From: Piromyces finnis finn
Lineage: Eukaryota; Fungi; Neocallimastigomycota
Assembly: GCA_002104945.1 (NCBI GenBank)
Contig: MCFH01000006.1
Coordinates: 744,001 to 808,000 of the forward strand
Direction: 5' to 3'
DNA: 64,000 nt
Shown: piece by piece, positions 1-11,734 of the stretch
How positions within the stretch are numbered: the stretch's first letter is position 1
Layout: every line of letters begins with the position of its first letter
Translations under genes and position numbers: made by a program
Notes under the pieces: generated by a model
What the model was told of the DNA's origin: nothing
Databases searched by the model: none
The model's input: the letters and a program-made list of their open reading frames with translations, nothing else

Positions 1-541
1 TATTATGAAATTATAAAAAAGTAAGAAAAAAAAAAAAAAAGTAACAATATCTATATAATTTTTATATATGTTGCCAATAATCAAACTATCATTACATTAA
101 AATTTCATTTGAAATAAAATAATATTTATTTATATTTATAAAAATATTAAAATTATAATAAAAAAATCTATAAAAAGAAAAGAAAAAAAAAACTATATAT
201 TCCATAAATCAAAAATATAAATATTTAATAGATGTTTTTTTATTATTTTTTGTTGTTGATTATTAAATATGTCATCACTACTATTTTTTTTTTTAAAAAA
301 AAAAATAATAAAAAAAAAAGATATCTTTTTTTCATTTATTAAAATTAAAAAAAAAAAAAAAAAAAAGAAAATAATGTTTGTATATGGTTTCTAATATTAA
401 ATTATTGTTATTGCTATTTATGTTACTGTTTTTTAATATATTTTAATTTAATCTATTATGGTTATAAGAAAAGGAAGGAAATAGTAATAATAATTTATTA
501 ATTTGTATTAGTATGTTTTTTATATTTCTAAGATATCGTAC

Positions 542-572
<31 letters not shown>

Positions 573-621
573 TAAAAATAAAAATAAAACAAATTAAGAT
601 TGAATGAATATGGATTATGAA

Positions 622-3398
622 TTATATAGATTGAGTTTTCATCTTATATTCTTTCTCTAATTCTTGGCTTAATCTTATTTGTTCTTCTACAACTGCCTTT
701 ATATTTTCATGAGTTACTAAAGGATTAGCAATAACTACACGTAATACATCAATACCTTTTTCGTAATTTGGATATTTAGTAGTTTTAACCGTTGTTTTCG
801 ATACAAAGCCTTTACCTTCTCTTTTCTGTTTAGCTTGCAATTCAGTAGTGAAATAATCAATAACTTGATTTTCTTCATTTGTATATTGTGATGGTTCTTC
901 TTCTACAAAAGAATTTTCTTCCTTATCTGTTAAATCGGATATATCAAAGGTTTGATCCTGAGTACTATTACTATATAAAGTTGAAACTTCCTCTATTTCT
1001 ATTGTTTTAGAATTAGGCGATACAGGATAACGTACTTCAAATTGTTCATTATCTTTACGTAGCCATGATGGAATATATCTGTAAAGGAAAATATTAGTGA
1101 TAGGCTTACTTATAATTTCGAATTGTGGGTATGATTTAACTAATTCTGCCATGTAATTGGTATTTTCTACTGCAATATCTAATAAACTACTAAGTCCACG
1201 ATGACCTAATAAGTTTAATGAAGCATGTAAATATAATACATTAGCTGGTCTAGATCCTTCAAGTGTTGTTTTACCATGATCCATAGAACCAGCTCTTATA
1301 ACATATGAAGCTACTTTTCTAATTGTGGTTGTAGGTAATAAAGGTGATTTAAACAATACTATACCACAGCCCATCGGTGTATATAATAATTTATGACCTT
1401 TTATATATATTTTTTTAATTTAGATTTAAATATTTTAATACAAATATGTATAATTTAAAAATAAATATCATTAATGATAGATTATTTTTACTAAAATTTT
1501 TCTAAATAATAAAATGTTAATAGTTACCATCAATTGTTACGGTATCTGCTAATTCTATTCCCTTTAATAAATAGCGATATTTTTCTGACATTATGAATGA
1601 ACCACCCCATGCACCATCGACATGGAATAATGCTTCATATTTCTTAGCTAAATCTGCTAAAACTTCTAAATTATCAATTGATCCACTATTAATATATTAA
1701 TATATTATTTCAAATTATATATTAATATATATTATAAATAATAATAAATAATTTAGTTTATTATTTAATAACATTATATACATTAATATTATAAAAATAA
1801 TCTTAATAATATTATTTACACTTCAGTAGTACAAGCTATACCAACAATTGCGATTACTTTTATTTTTTTTCTTTTTAATTCTTCAAGTTTTTCTATTAGT
1901 AAATCAATTCTACATTGTTGTTTATAATAATATATTATATTTCAAGTTAATTATTAATTTCATTAATATATTGATGAGATTTATATTGATAAACTATTGT
2001 TACTTTTATAATCATTTTCAATATACCTTATTCCATATTCTGAATCTACGGGTATAGTATAGATATTTTTCAATCCCATACCTAAAACATCAGCTGCTTT
2101 TTTAAAGGAATAATGCATTAATTCCGAACCAACAATGGCCATGTCATTATAACCATAATACCTAAGTGCTGAAATAACTCCTTCTTTTTCTATACCATCA
2201 AAACTATCTGTTTTTGGAAAAGCTTTATTTCTTGCTACCCACATTGCTGTTAAGTTTGCAATTGTTCCACCAGAAGTGATGCATCCTGATGTTTTCATTA
2301 TTTAATATGTAGAAATTATTTTTTATTAAATATTATGTTATTTCAAAATTATTTTTATATATTATTGAACAACAATTAAATAATAAAAAAGATAGTAAAA
2401 AAAGTTAATTTATATAATTTAATATTTAAAAAAATAAATATATATTTTATATTTTACCAAAAGTTCCCTCAGTAATACTTAAATACTTTTCATAAAATTC
2501 AGGCGACTGATTAAAGAAAGCTCTATGCAATTTTGATAAGGTTTCTCTTTCTAGAAATGTAGTAGTTGCTGATGTTTCAACTTTGACAACATTCTGATTC
2601 ATTGAAGTAACTAATTTTGATAATGGTCTATGAAAGAATGGCAAAGCTGTAGTCTATAAAAATATATTTATTCGATATTTATATTATTTTTGAATTTTAT
2701 TGTCATTGGTATTATTGTTTTTGTTTTTTATATTGGATTTATTTTTTAAAAAAAAAAATAGGTTATTAATATATTCTATTCATAAATCCATTACAAATTA
2801 TTATTATTCTTTTAACTATTTTTAATTATTAATAATATTAATATTATTATTAAATAAAATCTTTAAGTCTTAAAACGCATACCATATGTCCAACCATATT
2901 TGGAGAAGAAACTCTAGTTGCTTTATCTATAACATTTTCTTTTATTTCTGAAAAGTATTTGTTTATATTATTTTTATCACATATTATTCCTTCAGGTATT
3001 GATGAATCACCGAATTTTGATTGAATTTCCTTTACTGAATCATTATTGGATGCATATATTGAAGGTGAAGGTTTATAAAAATCTATTGTAAATCAATGAG
3101 ATTAAAATTGTAAATACATAAAAAATTTTAAAATATATAAATTGAATTTAATTTTGTTTTGAATAGGTACCTTTTATTATTGAATCAATATATTGTTGAA
3201 CATTTTCTTCTCGTATTTCATAATCCTTGAAAAATTTTAATACTGTATTTTAGAACATATAAATGCATTAATGAAATTTAAACTTTTTAAAATAAAAAAA
3301 ATTAATATAAAATGTTTTAATATAAAAATAATTCGATAAAATTTACCATTTTCTTTTGTATTATCTTCAGAAGTAACTGTGTTTTCCTTATCAACCAT
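622..3398 (-). CDS. panP: PLP-dependent group II decarboxylase, bacterial PanP-type (pyridoxal-dependent aspartate 1-decarboxylase-like); about 8 exons
   Basis: Spliced by eye, with ATG at 3398 and exons near 3347-3398, 3171-3238, 2884-3085, 2455-2654, 2029-2302, 1821-1912, 1528-1686 and 622-1403. Motifs: SPNMVGHMTTALP, MNQNVVKVETS, TSGGTIANLTAMWVARN, HYSFKKAADVLG, HVDGAWGG, DGHK (PLP lysine), TLEGSRP. These match my recollection of gammaproteobacterial PanP-type proteins. Confidence 0.85.
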
Positions 3399-5269
3399 TC
3401 TTAGAATGAAAATATATTTTGGTTCTTATTTAAATGCGTAGTACTGATAATTTCTTTTTTTTCTTGTAAAATTAATTATTCTTATTAGTATTAACTTTTA
3501 AAACGATAATTTTATAATTGATTATTATATTTAAAATTGGTATTTTGGTTAATACAAGTTAAAATTTATTTTTTATATTCCTTTTTTATTTTATGTATTT
3601 TTTTTTTTTTTTTTTTTTGAATGAATGAATAAAAATTGGAATTTAATTTATATATGAATAAATAAAGAAAAAAAAAAAAGATTTTGATTATATATACTAT
3701 AAATATATTATCAATATATTATGTTATATAATATTATATAATATTATATATATAAATAATAAAAAAGTAAACAATTATTATTAAATAATATATTTTATTT
3801 ATGATATATCAAGAATACAATAAAAAAAAAGTAAAAAGGAAAACATATAGCTAACCAAAAAAAAATTAATAATAATATTAATAGTAATTATCATTAATAC
3901 TAATTAAAAATAATATAATTAGAATAATAATAATTAATAGTAAATTATATAATTAGTTGGAAAGGAAAAGTATAAATAATATTAAATCATGATCAATATT
4001 AATAATTAATTAAAGAAATAGATTTATCTAAATTTTTAGAATTTAAAATTGGTATAATTTAAAATAATCTAACCTTGCATTGCCAAATTATAGGTAAATT
4101 TTAAAGTTTAAATAAAACATATTTTTGGTTGGAAGATTCGAAGTAACTTAACCAAATATTATTATAAATATTTTATTTTCTTTTTTTTTTTTTTTTTTTT
4201 TTGAAATAATTTATATGAAAAGTATATTGAAAAAATCCAACAATTTAGTTTTTATTATTAAAAATTAAAATAATCTCAATTAAAATTTAATATAATATCT
4301 AAATATACTATAATTACAATCTTTTAACCTATAAATTATATTAAATCTATTTAAAATTAATAATGTGGATTAAATCTAATTTGATATAAAAAATAAATAA
4401 TCAAAAGATTAATTATCTATATAAATTTCTACAATAATGAAAAAAAGGATACAAAGATAAAAATTTTTAAGTACCACTATACTAAAGATTTAGTATAAAA
4501 ATAATGTATTTTATTTAGGAATTATATTATTAGAATCCATATTAACAAAATAATATTAAAAATGCTTTTATTTTGTTAATTAATTATCTTACAACTATTT
4601 TACAAATAATTATTTCTAAGAAAAATCATATAGAATTATCATAATATTTCTAAAATTTATTTGCTTCATTTCTTTTAACTGCAGAAGTAAATATCTCCAA
4701 ATAATTAAAATTTGATACTTTATATTATGCATTATAGAATATAAATATCAAAAAAAAAATTTATTTAATTTAAATAAAAATTGATAGCATATATTCAAGT
4801 AATTTCAATTAAAAGTAAAGGATACTATTGTATAATAACTGTTTTTTACTCAAATAGTTGTCTAAAAGTCAAAATTAAATTTTGTCAGAAAATGAAAATT
4901 ATGATATTCATTAGTTGCATAGGCATTTCTATGTCTTGATGTCACTTTATCTCTATTGAATATTAGAAAATAATAAGACATAGTTTTGGTAAAAAAATTA
5001 ACTAATGACCTTCAAAAATAGAAAGCATCTATAAATACCTATTTTAACCCTTATAATTTTTATTTTCCTTTAAACTATTATTGTAAAAACTTATCCTAAT
5101 AAATTATATAGATATTTTTTAAATGCAAACACTAGAATAATACATTGAATCACTTGATTTATTGATAATTGATACTATTAATATAATAAATAATATATAT
5201 ATATATAAATAAAGATATAAAAATATAATAATTATTTAAGTTTCATAAAAGTTTGATTAGCTCTTCAAC

Positions 5270-6315
5270 TTGTACTGTGTGATCCCTACATAATAAATTT
5301 AATGAAATAAAAAGAAAAATAGCATCAAATACAATAATATGGTATCCACTAAACTCCCCTACGAGTTCATAATGTTTTTATTCGAAGAAATACTAATAAT
5401 GAACTCTGTGTACGAAACATTAGAAATGTTCCTTTGCTATATTGGTATAACGTCGGCGCTCTTGATTACGTTTAGGTGTCTTACCAAATCTATCAAAAAG
5501 TAGCTTCACCTAATGATAGGGAATATTTTAGTAAGAATAACCGTGAGACCCTCTACATATGGAACATGAAACCCCGATGAACTGTAAAGCTGTTCATTCA
5601 AATATCTTTACTCAGCCTTATTGATTTGTAGCTTATTATAAACTAAAGGTCCACCAAGAAGGAACGTAAAAATGTAGTTGTAAATAGTTTTTCTTACTTC
5701 CATTTCAAGGAGTAAGTAAATGATGAATTTATTTTTGTATTTATTGTGAAAAAGGGTAAAAAGATCGTCAAGAAAGCTAAATGAAGAAGTTTTGTATTCA
5801 AAGAATGCAGGACATACTAAAATCCAATGATAAAAAAATTGTTCATCATATCCATATCGAATACGAATAATCCAAGTAATTCCTAAATTTAAGTGAGGTT
5901 TGTCGAGACCGATATGCATTAGGCAATTTGAATTAAGGAATCTGTTGTTAGTATATCTGAGGGCTTTATTAAGGCTACTTCCAATAATGTTCTCTCATAT
6001 TTTTAGTACTTTTAAAATTTATTTTCATAAGTTTCTTATGTAGTAAACAAGATTCTTTGGCCCAAGAGTAGTGAGACATGGGAGGAATAGATCGGTTGAA
6101 ATTTTTAATAATACAGTTTGATTTTCTCCATTTAATAAAGTATTTCACTTGTTGCGCAGCACAAATACCAGGAATCCTCAAATCCCTTATAAGAGCATGC
6201 AGGCTAATAAATGAATTTCGTTCAAAAACAAATTCCTTGCTATTTAGACTTTTATTGTGAAAGCTATTGACATTCCATAAAACAACAGTATTGATAAGAG
6301 ATTGGACTCTGCGAG
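5270..6315 (-). mobile_element. Degenerate non-LTR retrotransposon (LINE) ORF2 C-terminal fragment (copy X)
   Basis: Frameshifted translation GICAAQQVKYFIKWRKSNCII...HYWK / GITWIIRIRYGY...HWILVCPAF...FLLGG...LTKIFP aligns by eye with the LINE at 13.7-15.1 kb (CALAQVRCFNKWKNSNCII...FYWK / GFYWLLKARSGY...HWLLDCPTF...FLLGG...LTKIMP). It has stops, frameshifts and an internal deletion. The 3' limit is approximate. Confidence 0.75.
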
Positions 6316-6609
6316 TTTTTTTTTTTTTTTTTTTTTTTTTTAACTAACATCAAATATTTATTTTTAAACTCTATTATTATTAATTTAATTATAATTTTAT
6401 TACATATAATAAAAAATATAATAAAATTTAAATTAAAAATAAAAAAATAGGTTTAAATAAACACAAATAAATAAAAATTGGGTATAATGTATTCCAGTAA
6501 TTTTAATTAAAGTAAGAAAGCCACTGTTATACTAAAGTATAATAATTGTATTTGACTTCCAATGAGACACCAAGCCAAAGATCAAAATTTTGTCATGGGA
6601 CAAAATTAT

Positions 6610-7028
6610 TGATACGGGTTAATTTTATGTAGAAAGAATTAAACTTTAATTAATATATATTTTATTAATAATTTTATTTATAACGTTCCAATATTTCTAT
6701 TCTGTCTAAATACTAAAACGTTCTGTCGTTGTCAAATATTAAAATTCTAACTAAAACAAGAAGCCCTTTTTAATAATATTTATTCTAGTCTATTTATACT
6801 AATGAGGCTTACTTAATAATTAATTGTCCAATTATAAGGCTGGAACTATATGGATCATTCATTTACAATACTCTTTTACATTACAAAATATTACATTTGT
6901 CGTACATTTACATTATATTCTTATACATTGTAGAAATAATTAATATTATAATAAATCTATATAAATTTAATATTAGGAAAAATTACTAATATAATAATAT
7001 GTTCAAGTCACATATTATTTTTATATCA
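6610..7028 (-). repeat. 3' LTR
   Basis: Direct repeat of 13166-13584 with no mismatch found by eye. A short purine tract (GAGGGGA on the - strand, ~7033-7039) lies just before it in element orientation. Confidence 0.95.
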
Positions 7029-7191
7029 AAAATCCCCTCGCTATAGGAGAGCGAAGTATAATTTAAGATACAAAATTTTTACTGAGCGTATCTGGTTATA
7101 ATATTAATTTTTCTGGTTATAAAACTAAATTTCTAAAATTAAAAAAAATTGAAAAAAAAATTGAAAAAAAAATTGAAAAAAAATACTAATA

Positions 7192-7229
<38 letters not shown>

Positions 7230-7451
7230 ATTATTATGATTATTTATATATACTAATTACTAATTAAACTAATTATTATTGTTATTATTATTATTATTTA
7301 CTATTATTATAATTATTATTTATTATTATTCTTAATAATCTATGGTAGGCTACTCGAGGTTTAGCAAGGTCGAACAGGAGTTAATCGACTTTTCGAAATT
7401 CGAAATCCCTTTTTGACTTTTTCAATTTCAATTTCGAAATTTCAAATTAAT

Positions 7452-7495
<44 letters not shown>

Positions 7496-7564
7496 TATAT
7501 ATATATATATGTTTAACATATCTAATTTGTAAAATATAATAAATTTTAAATAAAGTGTCGTCTC

Positions 7565-10500
7565 TCATAACGAAATATTTTCTTTATAAGGGAGGATATT
7601 CTTCATATGTGTATACCTGGTTAGTTCTTGTCCCGTATTGTAGTCCTTGAGCTTGACTGTATTCCAGGCGATATCTAAGATTTGATAAGGTCCTTTAAAA
7701 TATGGGTCCAATTTTGTTCTGTTGAAATTCCTTAATTTGACTAGATCGCCTATTTTGTATTCTTCCTTATGATCCATGCTTATTTTACTTTGTCTTCTAG
7801 CTTCCCAATACTTTAGAGTACCTAGCATTTTTGAAGCCGCCTTCCTTATCCATTTAGCGTGATCCACGAACCTTTCCATTATAATTTCTTCTGTGGATCT
7901 TCCTAAAGTTTCTTGATATGTTTCCATTAGCACTAAATCTATTGGGCGTGCATCCTTTCTTCCATATACAAGTTCAAAACTAGAGAATCCAGTTGTAGTA
8001 GATATACTGGTCCTTAACGCCCATAGAGCTACTGGTAAGTATTTGTCCCAGTCTTCATTGTTCTCTACTAAGAATCGTAGCTGTTTCCCAATTTCCCGAT
8101 TCTTATTTTCCACTAGACCATTCGACTCTGGGTGATAGGTGGATACGAAGTGTACATAAGTATCATATAAATCTAAAAATATTTTTGTATAGTCGGAAGT
8201 AAATTGTACACCATTATCCATTAAGACCAATTGTGGGACTCCGTGGCGACTAAATACTTCGGTTAGGAATTCCGCTACATCTTCTGAGGTGGTCGTTGAC
8301 AACGCCTTCGCCTCAGGCCATTTTGTAAAATAGTCCACAGCTACAATAATATATTTGTTATCTTGCACAGTAGTCTTTAATGGGCCTATTATGTCCACGG
8401 CTATTCTGACAAACGGTGCTTCGACTGGTGATGCAAATCTCTCGGTTCTTTCAGGTAGAGGTTGGGACTTCCGTAACTGACAGATTTTACACGTAGAAAT
8501 ATAGGTTTTTATATCTAAAACCATGTTCTTCCAATAATACTTATCCTTGATCCTTTGGTAAGTTTTCTGCAGTCCTTCATGTGCGATTTTATGGTTTTTC
8601 GCGATGACCTGGATCTTTTCCAAGGGTTCGTCAACAATCTTTCTTAAGTTATCGTTATCCCTGAAATATAACAGATTATTTATTCTTATTACTCTTTCTT
8701 TTAGAAAGTTTTTCATAACCTCTGAGATATATTTATCATTTTCCTCGTTTTCTTCTTCTGACATTAATTCAGGCATCTTAGTAGGTTCTTCTACAACTTG
8801 TTTTCTCTGTTTCCGAGCTAATAAAGATTCTTCTTCATCACTTTCGCTTTCATTATTTTCTGACTCAAGGTTGGTATCATTTAGTGTACTAACTATTGCA
8901 TTTGCGTTCGCTTCCTGACTGTTATCCTCTTTTAATGACATCCGGGATAATGCGTCAGCTAAAATATTCGCTTTTCCAGGTTGATATCTTACTTCTACCA
9001 TGTTTTGGCTAAAGTCATTAACCCAGCGAGCGTGTTTTGAAGTTTGAGGTTCATTTTTATTAATGATAGCAACTAGCGGAAGGTGGTCCGTATATAAAAT
9101 AGTTTTGTACGGATTTCCTAGGACATAATGACGAAATTCCATCAGGCAATAATGAGCAGCGGTACCTTCCAGTTCAGTAATAGGGTAGTTTAATTCAGCT
9201 TTCTTTAGTGCACGACTAGCATACTTTATAGGATGCTCTACCCCGTCCTCCAAAAGTTGCAATAATACGCCGCCAATACCACTGAAACTGGCGTCCGAGC
9301 GGATAATGAAAGGAATATCATAACGAGGAAAACACAGAATAGGGGAAGAGGCCAAATATTCTTTAGCAGCAACGAACGACGAATTACACTCAGAATCCCA
9401 AATAAACTTGGCGTCTTTTCTAAGGAGTTTATTTAAGGGGGCAGTAATAGAAGCAAAGTGATCAATAAATTCCCTATAATAACCAACCATTCCAAGAAAA
9501 GAACGAAGTTCAGTAACAGATTTAGGAGGATCTAGTTTGAGTATATTATCGACCTTAGATTTAATAGGAAGAAGACCATTAATAGAAACAACATGACCCA
9601 ACACTTCAACTTCCTGTAAACAGAAGTGACACTTCTCAATGTTGATCTTTAAACCATTATCGCGAAGGATCTGGAAAACCTTTTTGATATCACGAAGATG
9701 TTGTGAGTAAGAAGGAGAATAAATAATTATGTCATCAAGGTATACTTGAATACAAACATTGAGGAGGTCAAAGAAGATACGATTCATCTCTCTTTGAAAG
9801 GTCGCCGGCGCGTTTGTTAAACCAAAAGGCATGACTACGTAATCAAAATTTCCAAAACGCGTGGTAATAGCTGTAATACATTGGTCTTCTGGTCGCATAG
9901 GAATTTGGTGGTATCCACTGAATAGATCTAAGGCCGTGAAAAATCTTGCACCAGTCATGGATTCAAAAGCTTCTCTAATGTTGGGAATAGAGTAAGCATC
10001 CTTTACAGTAATATTATTGACTTTTCTATAATCTGCACAAAGACGCCATTTATTGTGCTTCTTAGGAACCATTACAATGGGAGAAGCCCAAGGGGAATGG
10101 GATGGAACAATAAGGCCTTTATCCAGTAGTTTTTGAAGTTCACCCTTAAGAGCAGCTAGTTGAACTTGTGACAACTTCCGAACTTTAGCTTTAATGGGTT
10201 TAGCGCCCTCAACAAGTTCAATGTGGTGTGACCGGAGTTTTGAACGTTGGAGATCATCAGTGGAACAAGCAATAACATCACGAAAAGAAAATAAAAGACT
10301 TTGAAAATCATCTACAACAATCGGTTCTTCAGACTTATATGAAGGAATAAGATTATGTAATTCCTCAACTTTACCTAGAATTAAATCCTCCTTATTAAGA
10401 ATAGGCTCGTTCTTGAGAGCAGCTACAATTGGTTTCCTATCAGAAGAGGGAAATAAGTAACAGTAATAGCACAAAGGGTTAAAAGAATTAATATCAATAA

Positions 10501-11734
10501 TAGGAGTGAGAGGTTCCAGAGTACCTTGACGTGTCTTAACACAAACAGTTTTATCGACTGCATCAACAATAATCCGTTGATCATGTTGAACTTTCAAACC
10601 AATCAGAGCATCATAAAATACGTCGTCATTATCGCAAATGCGGAATAGGACCGGAAAGGTAAGAGAACCAATACACACGTTGAGTTCAACCAAATCAAAG
10701 GTACGAAGGTTATCATCAGCCATAGCCTGTTGAATTTTGCTGTATACTTGGCCTTCAATTTTGAAATCGTTTATATTATCTAACAAGAATTTCCTCGAAA
10801 CCAAGTTAATATTACTGCAGGAATCAACTAAAAGAAAAGCCTTATGTCCATTCAGTAAGGCATGAACTACGGCAATGTCGTGGTCTTTTACGGCACCCGA
10901 CACATAGTCGTGATGAGGATTATTAACGACTTGTAGTTCCAGCGGCTTATTATCCTGTTCGACCATACCCATGACAATAGAGCTAGAGGGAACACGTTCC
11001 TTCTTTAAGTTGTTGGCAAGATCCATACGAGATTGGTTGGATAATTCCAAGAGTTGGGCGAAAGTCACATTAGCCTTAGTATTTTTCAAGTCTTCGCAGA
11101 TATCATATCTATTTGTCCCTTGAGATAACTTCATGACTTGTATAGTTTTCTCTTTTGGGCCTAAGGGCTGTACAAGTGCGCTTCCGATATTAGGAGAGGA
11201 AGTAATAGGACTTTTACTTTTCTTTTCACTTTTCGGCTTGGAAACATTTTTAAAAGATACAGATTTAACATGGCTCTCGGACTTACGGACATCTGGAGGT
11301 GCCTGAGTTTGTTCAAAATCCATTTCAACACTACTTACGTTTGGGAACGAGGGGGATTCGAACGCATGACCTGGGGACTGGGGGTTCGAGACAGTGCCCG
11401 CTGTACCATTGTGGTTATTTTTCTGAAAATTTTTTGAAGAGGGAAGATTCACCTGGGGGTGTGCCTGAGATGGTTGTGAGCTCACCGGAGATGTAGGAGG
11501 AGTAGTAGTATCAGAATTCGAGGAGGTGAGCGAGTTGCGTCTCTTCGTTTGAGCTGATTCCTCCTCATCTGTAGGGTCTAATTTCCTTTTAGCTACAGCA
11601 ATTATATCCTTTTTGACCGTAGATTCCGATGGTGAGTGACCCATTTGGTTACTGGAGGTGGATCGACCTCCATTTAGTGATTTAAACGACCACAGTCTTT
11701 TTGGAGGTGTCCTGGTTGATGGCAGCGATAACAC
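7565..11734 (-). CDS. pol: Retrotransposon Pol (aspartic protease, reverse transcriptase, RNase H, integrase), probably expressed by -1 frameshift from gag
   Basis: Uninterrupted 1389-aa ORF. Motifs: LLVDSCSNINLV (protease), LDLFSGYHQI, MPFGLTNAPATFQR, YLDD (RT), SDAS...ELE...TDH...ADALSR (RNase H), H..HEG...C..C, DIIGP...DNG...E and GPY (integrase). No chromodomain is seen at the C-terminus. Confidence 0.97.
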   Translation of the reverse strand: MLSLPSTRTPPKRLWSFKSLNGGRSTSSNQMGHSPSESTVKKDIIAVAKRKLDPTDEEESAQTKRRNSLTSSNSDTTTPPTSPVSSQPSQAHPQVNLPSSKNFQKNNHNGTAGTVSNPQSPGHAFESPSFPNVSSVEMDFEQTQAPPDVRKSESHVKSVSFKNVSKPKSEKKSKSPITSSPNIGSALVQPLGPKEKTIQVMKLSQGTNRYDICEDLKNTKANVTFAQLLELSNQSRMDLANNLKKERVPSSSIVMGMVEQDNKPLELQVVNNPHHDYVSGAVKDHDIAVVHALLNGHKAFLLVDSCSNINLVSRKFLLDNINDFKIEGQVYSKIQQAMADDNLRTFDLVELNVCIGSLTFPVLFRICDNDDVFYDALIGLKVQHDQRIIVDAVDKTVCVKTRQGTLEPLTPIIDINSFNPLCYYCYLFPSSDRKPIVAALKNEPILNKEDLILGKVEELHNLIPSYKSEEPIVVDDFQSLLFSFRDVIACSTDDLQRSKLRSHHIELVEGAKPIKAKVRKLSQVQLAALKGELQKLLDKGLIVPSHSPWASPIVMVPKKHNKWRLCADYRKVNNITVKDAYSIPNIREAFESMTGARFFTALDLFSGYHQIPMRPEDQCITAITTRFGNFDYVVMPFGLTNAPATFQREMNRIFFDLLNVCIQVYLDDIIIYSPSYSQHLRDIKKVFQILRDNGLKINIEKCHFCLQEVEVLGHVVSINGLLPIKSKVDNILKLDPPKSVTELRSFLGMVGYYREFIDHFASITAPLNKLLRKDAKFIWDSECNSSFVAAKEYLASSPILCFPRYDIPFIIRSDASFSGIGGVLLQLLEDGVEHPIKYASRALKKAELNYPITELEGTAAHYCLMEFRHYVLGNPYKTILYTDHLPLVAIINKNEPQTSKHARWVNDFSQNMVEVRYQPGKANILADALSRMSLKEDNSQEANANAIVSTLNDTNLESENNESESDEEESLLARKQRKQVVEEPTKMPELMSEEENEENDKYISEVMKNFLKERVIRINNLLYFRDNDNLRKIVDEPLEKIQVIAKNHKIAHEGLQKTYQRIKDKYYWKNMVLDIKTYISTCKICQLRKSQPLPERTERFASPVEAPFVRIAVDIIGPLKTTVQDNKYIIVAVDYFTKWPEAKALSTTTSEDVAEFLTEVFSRHGVPQLVLMDNGVQFTSDYTKIFLDLYDTYVHFVSTYHPESNGLVENKNREIGKQLRFLVENNEDWDKYLPVALWALRTSISTTTGFSSFELVYGRKDARPIDLVLMETYQETLGRSTEEIIMERFVDHAKWIRKAASKMLGTLKYWEARRQSKISMDHKEEYKIGDLVKLRNFNRTKLDPYFKGPYQILDIAWNTVKLKDYNTGQELTRYTHMKNILPYKENISL
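11638..11686 (-). promoter_or_regulatory. -1 programmed ribosomal frameshift signal (UUUAAAU plus stem-loop/pseudoknot)
   Basis: T_TTA_AAT in gag phase at 11686-11680, a 7-nt spacer, then the stem UGGAGGU/ACCUCCA (11672-11653). The loop GAUCC can pair with GGGUC at 11642-11638. Pol lies in the -1 frame. Confidence 0.8.

Noticed and set aside
7565-11000. Apparent change in A/T strand skew between the RT-RH and integrase parts of pol (possible mosaic element)
   Set aside because: Spot counts were inconsistent, and amino-acid composition could explain the difference. It would need a codon-usage or recombination analysis.
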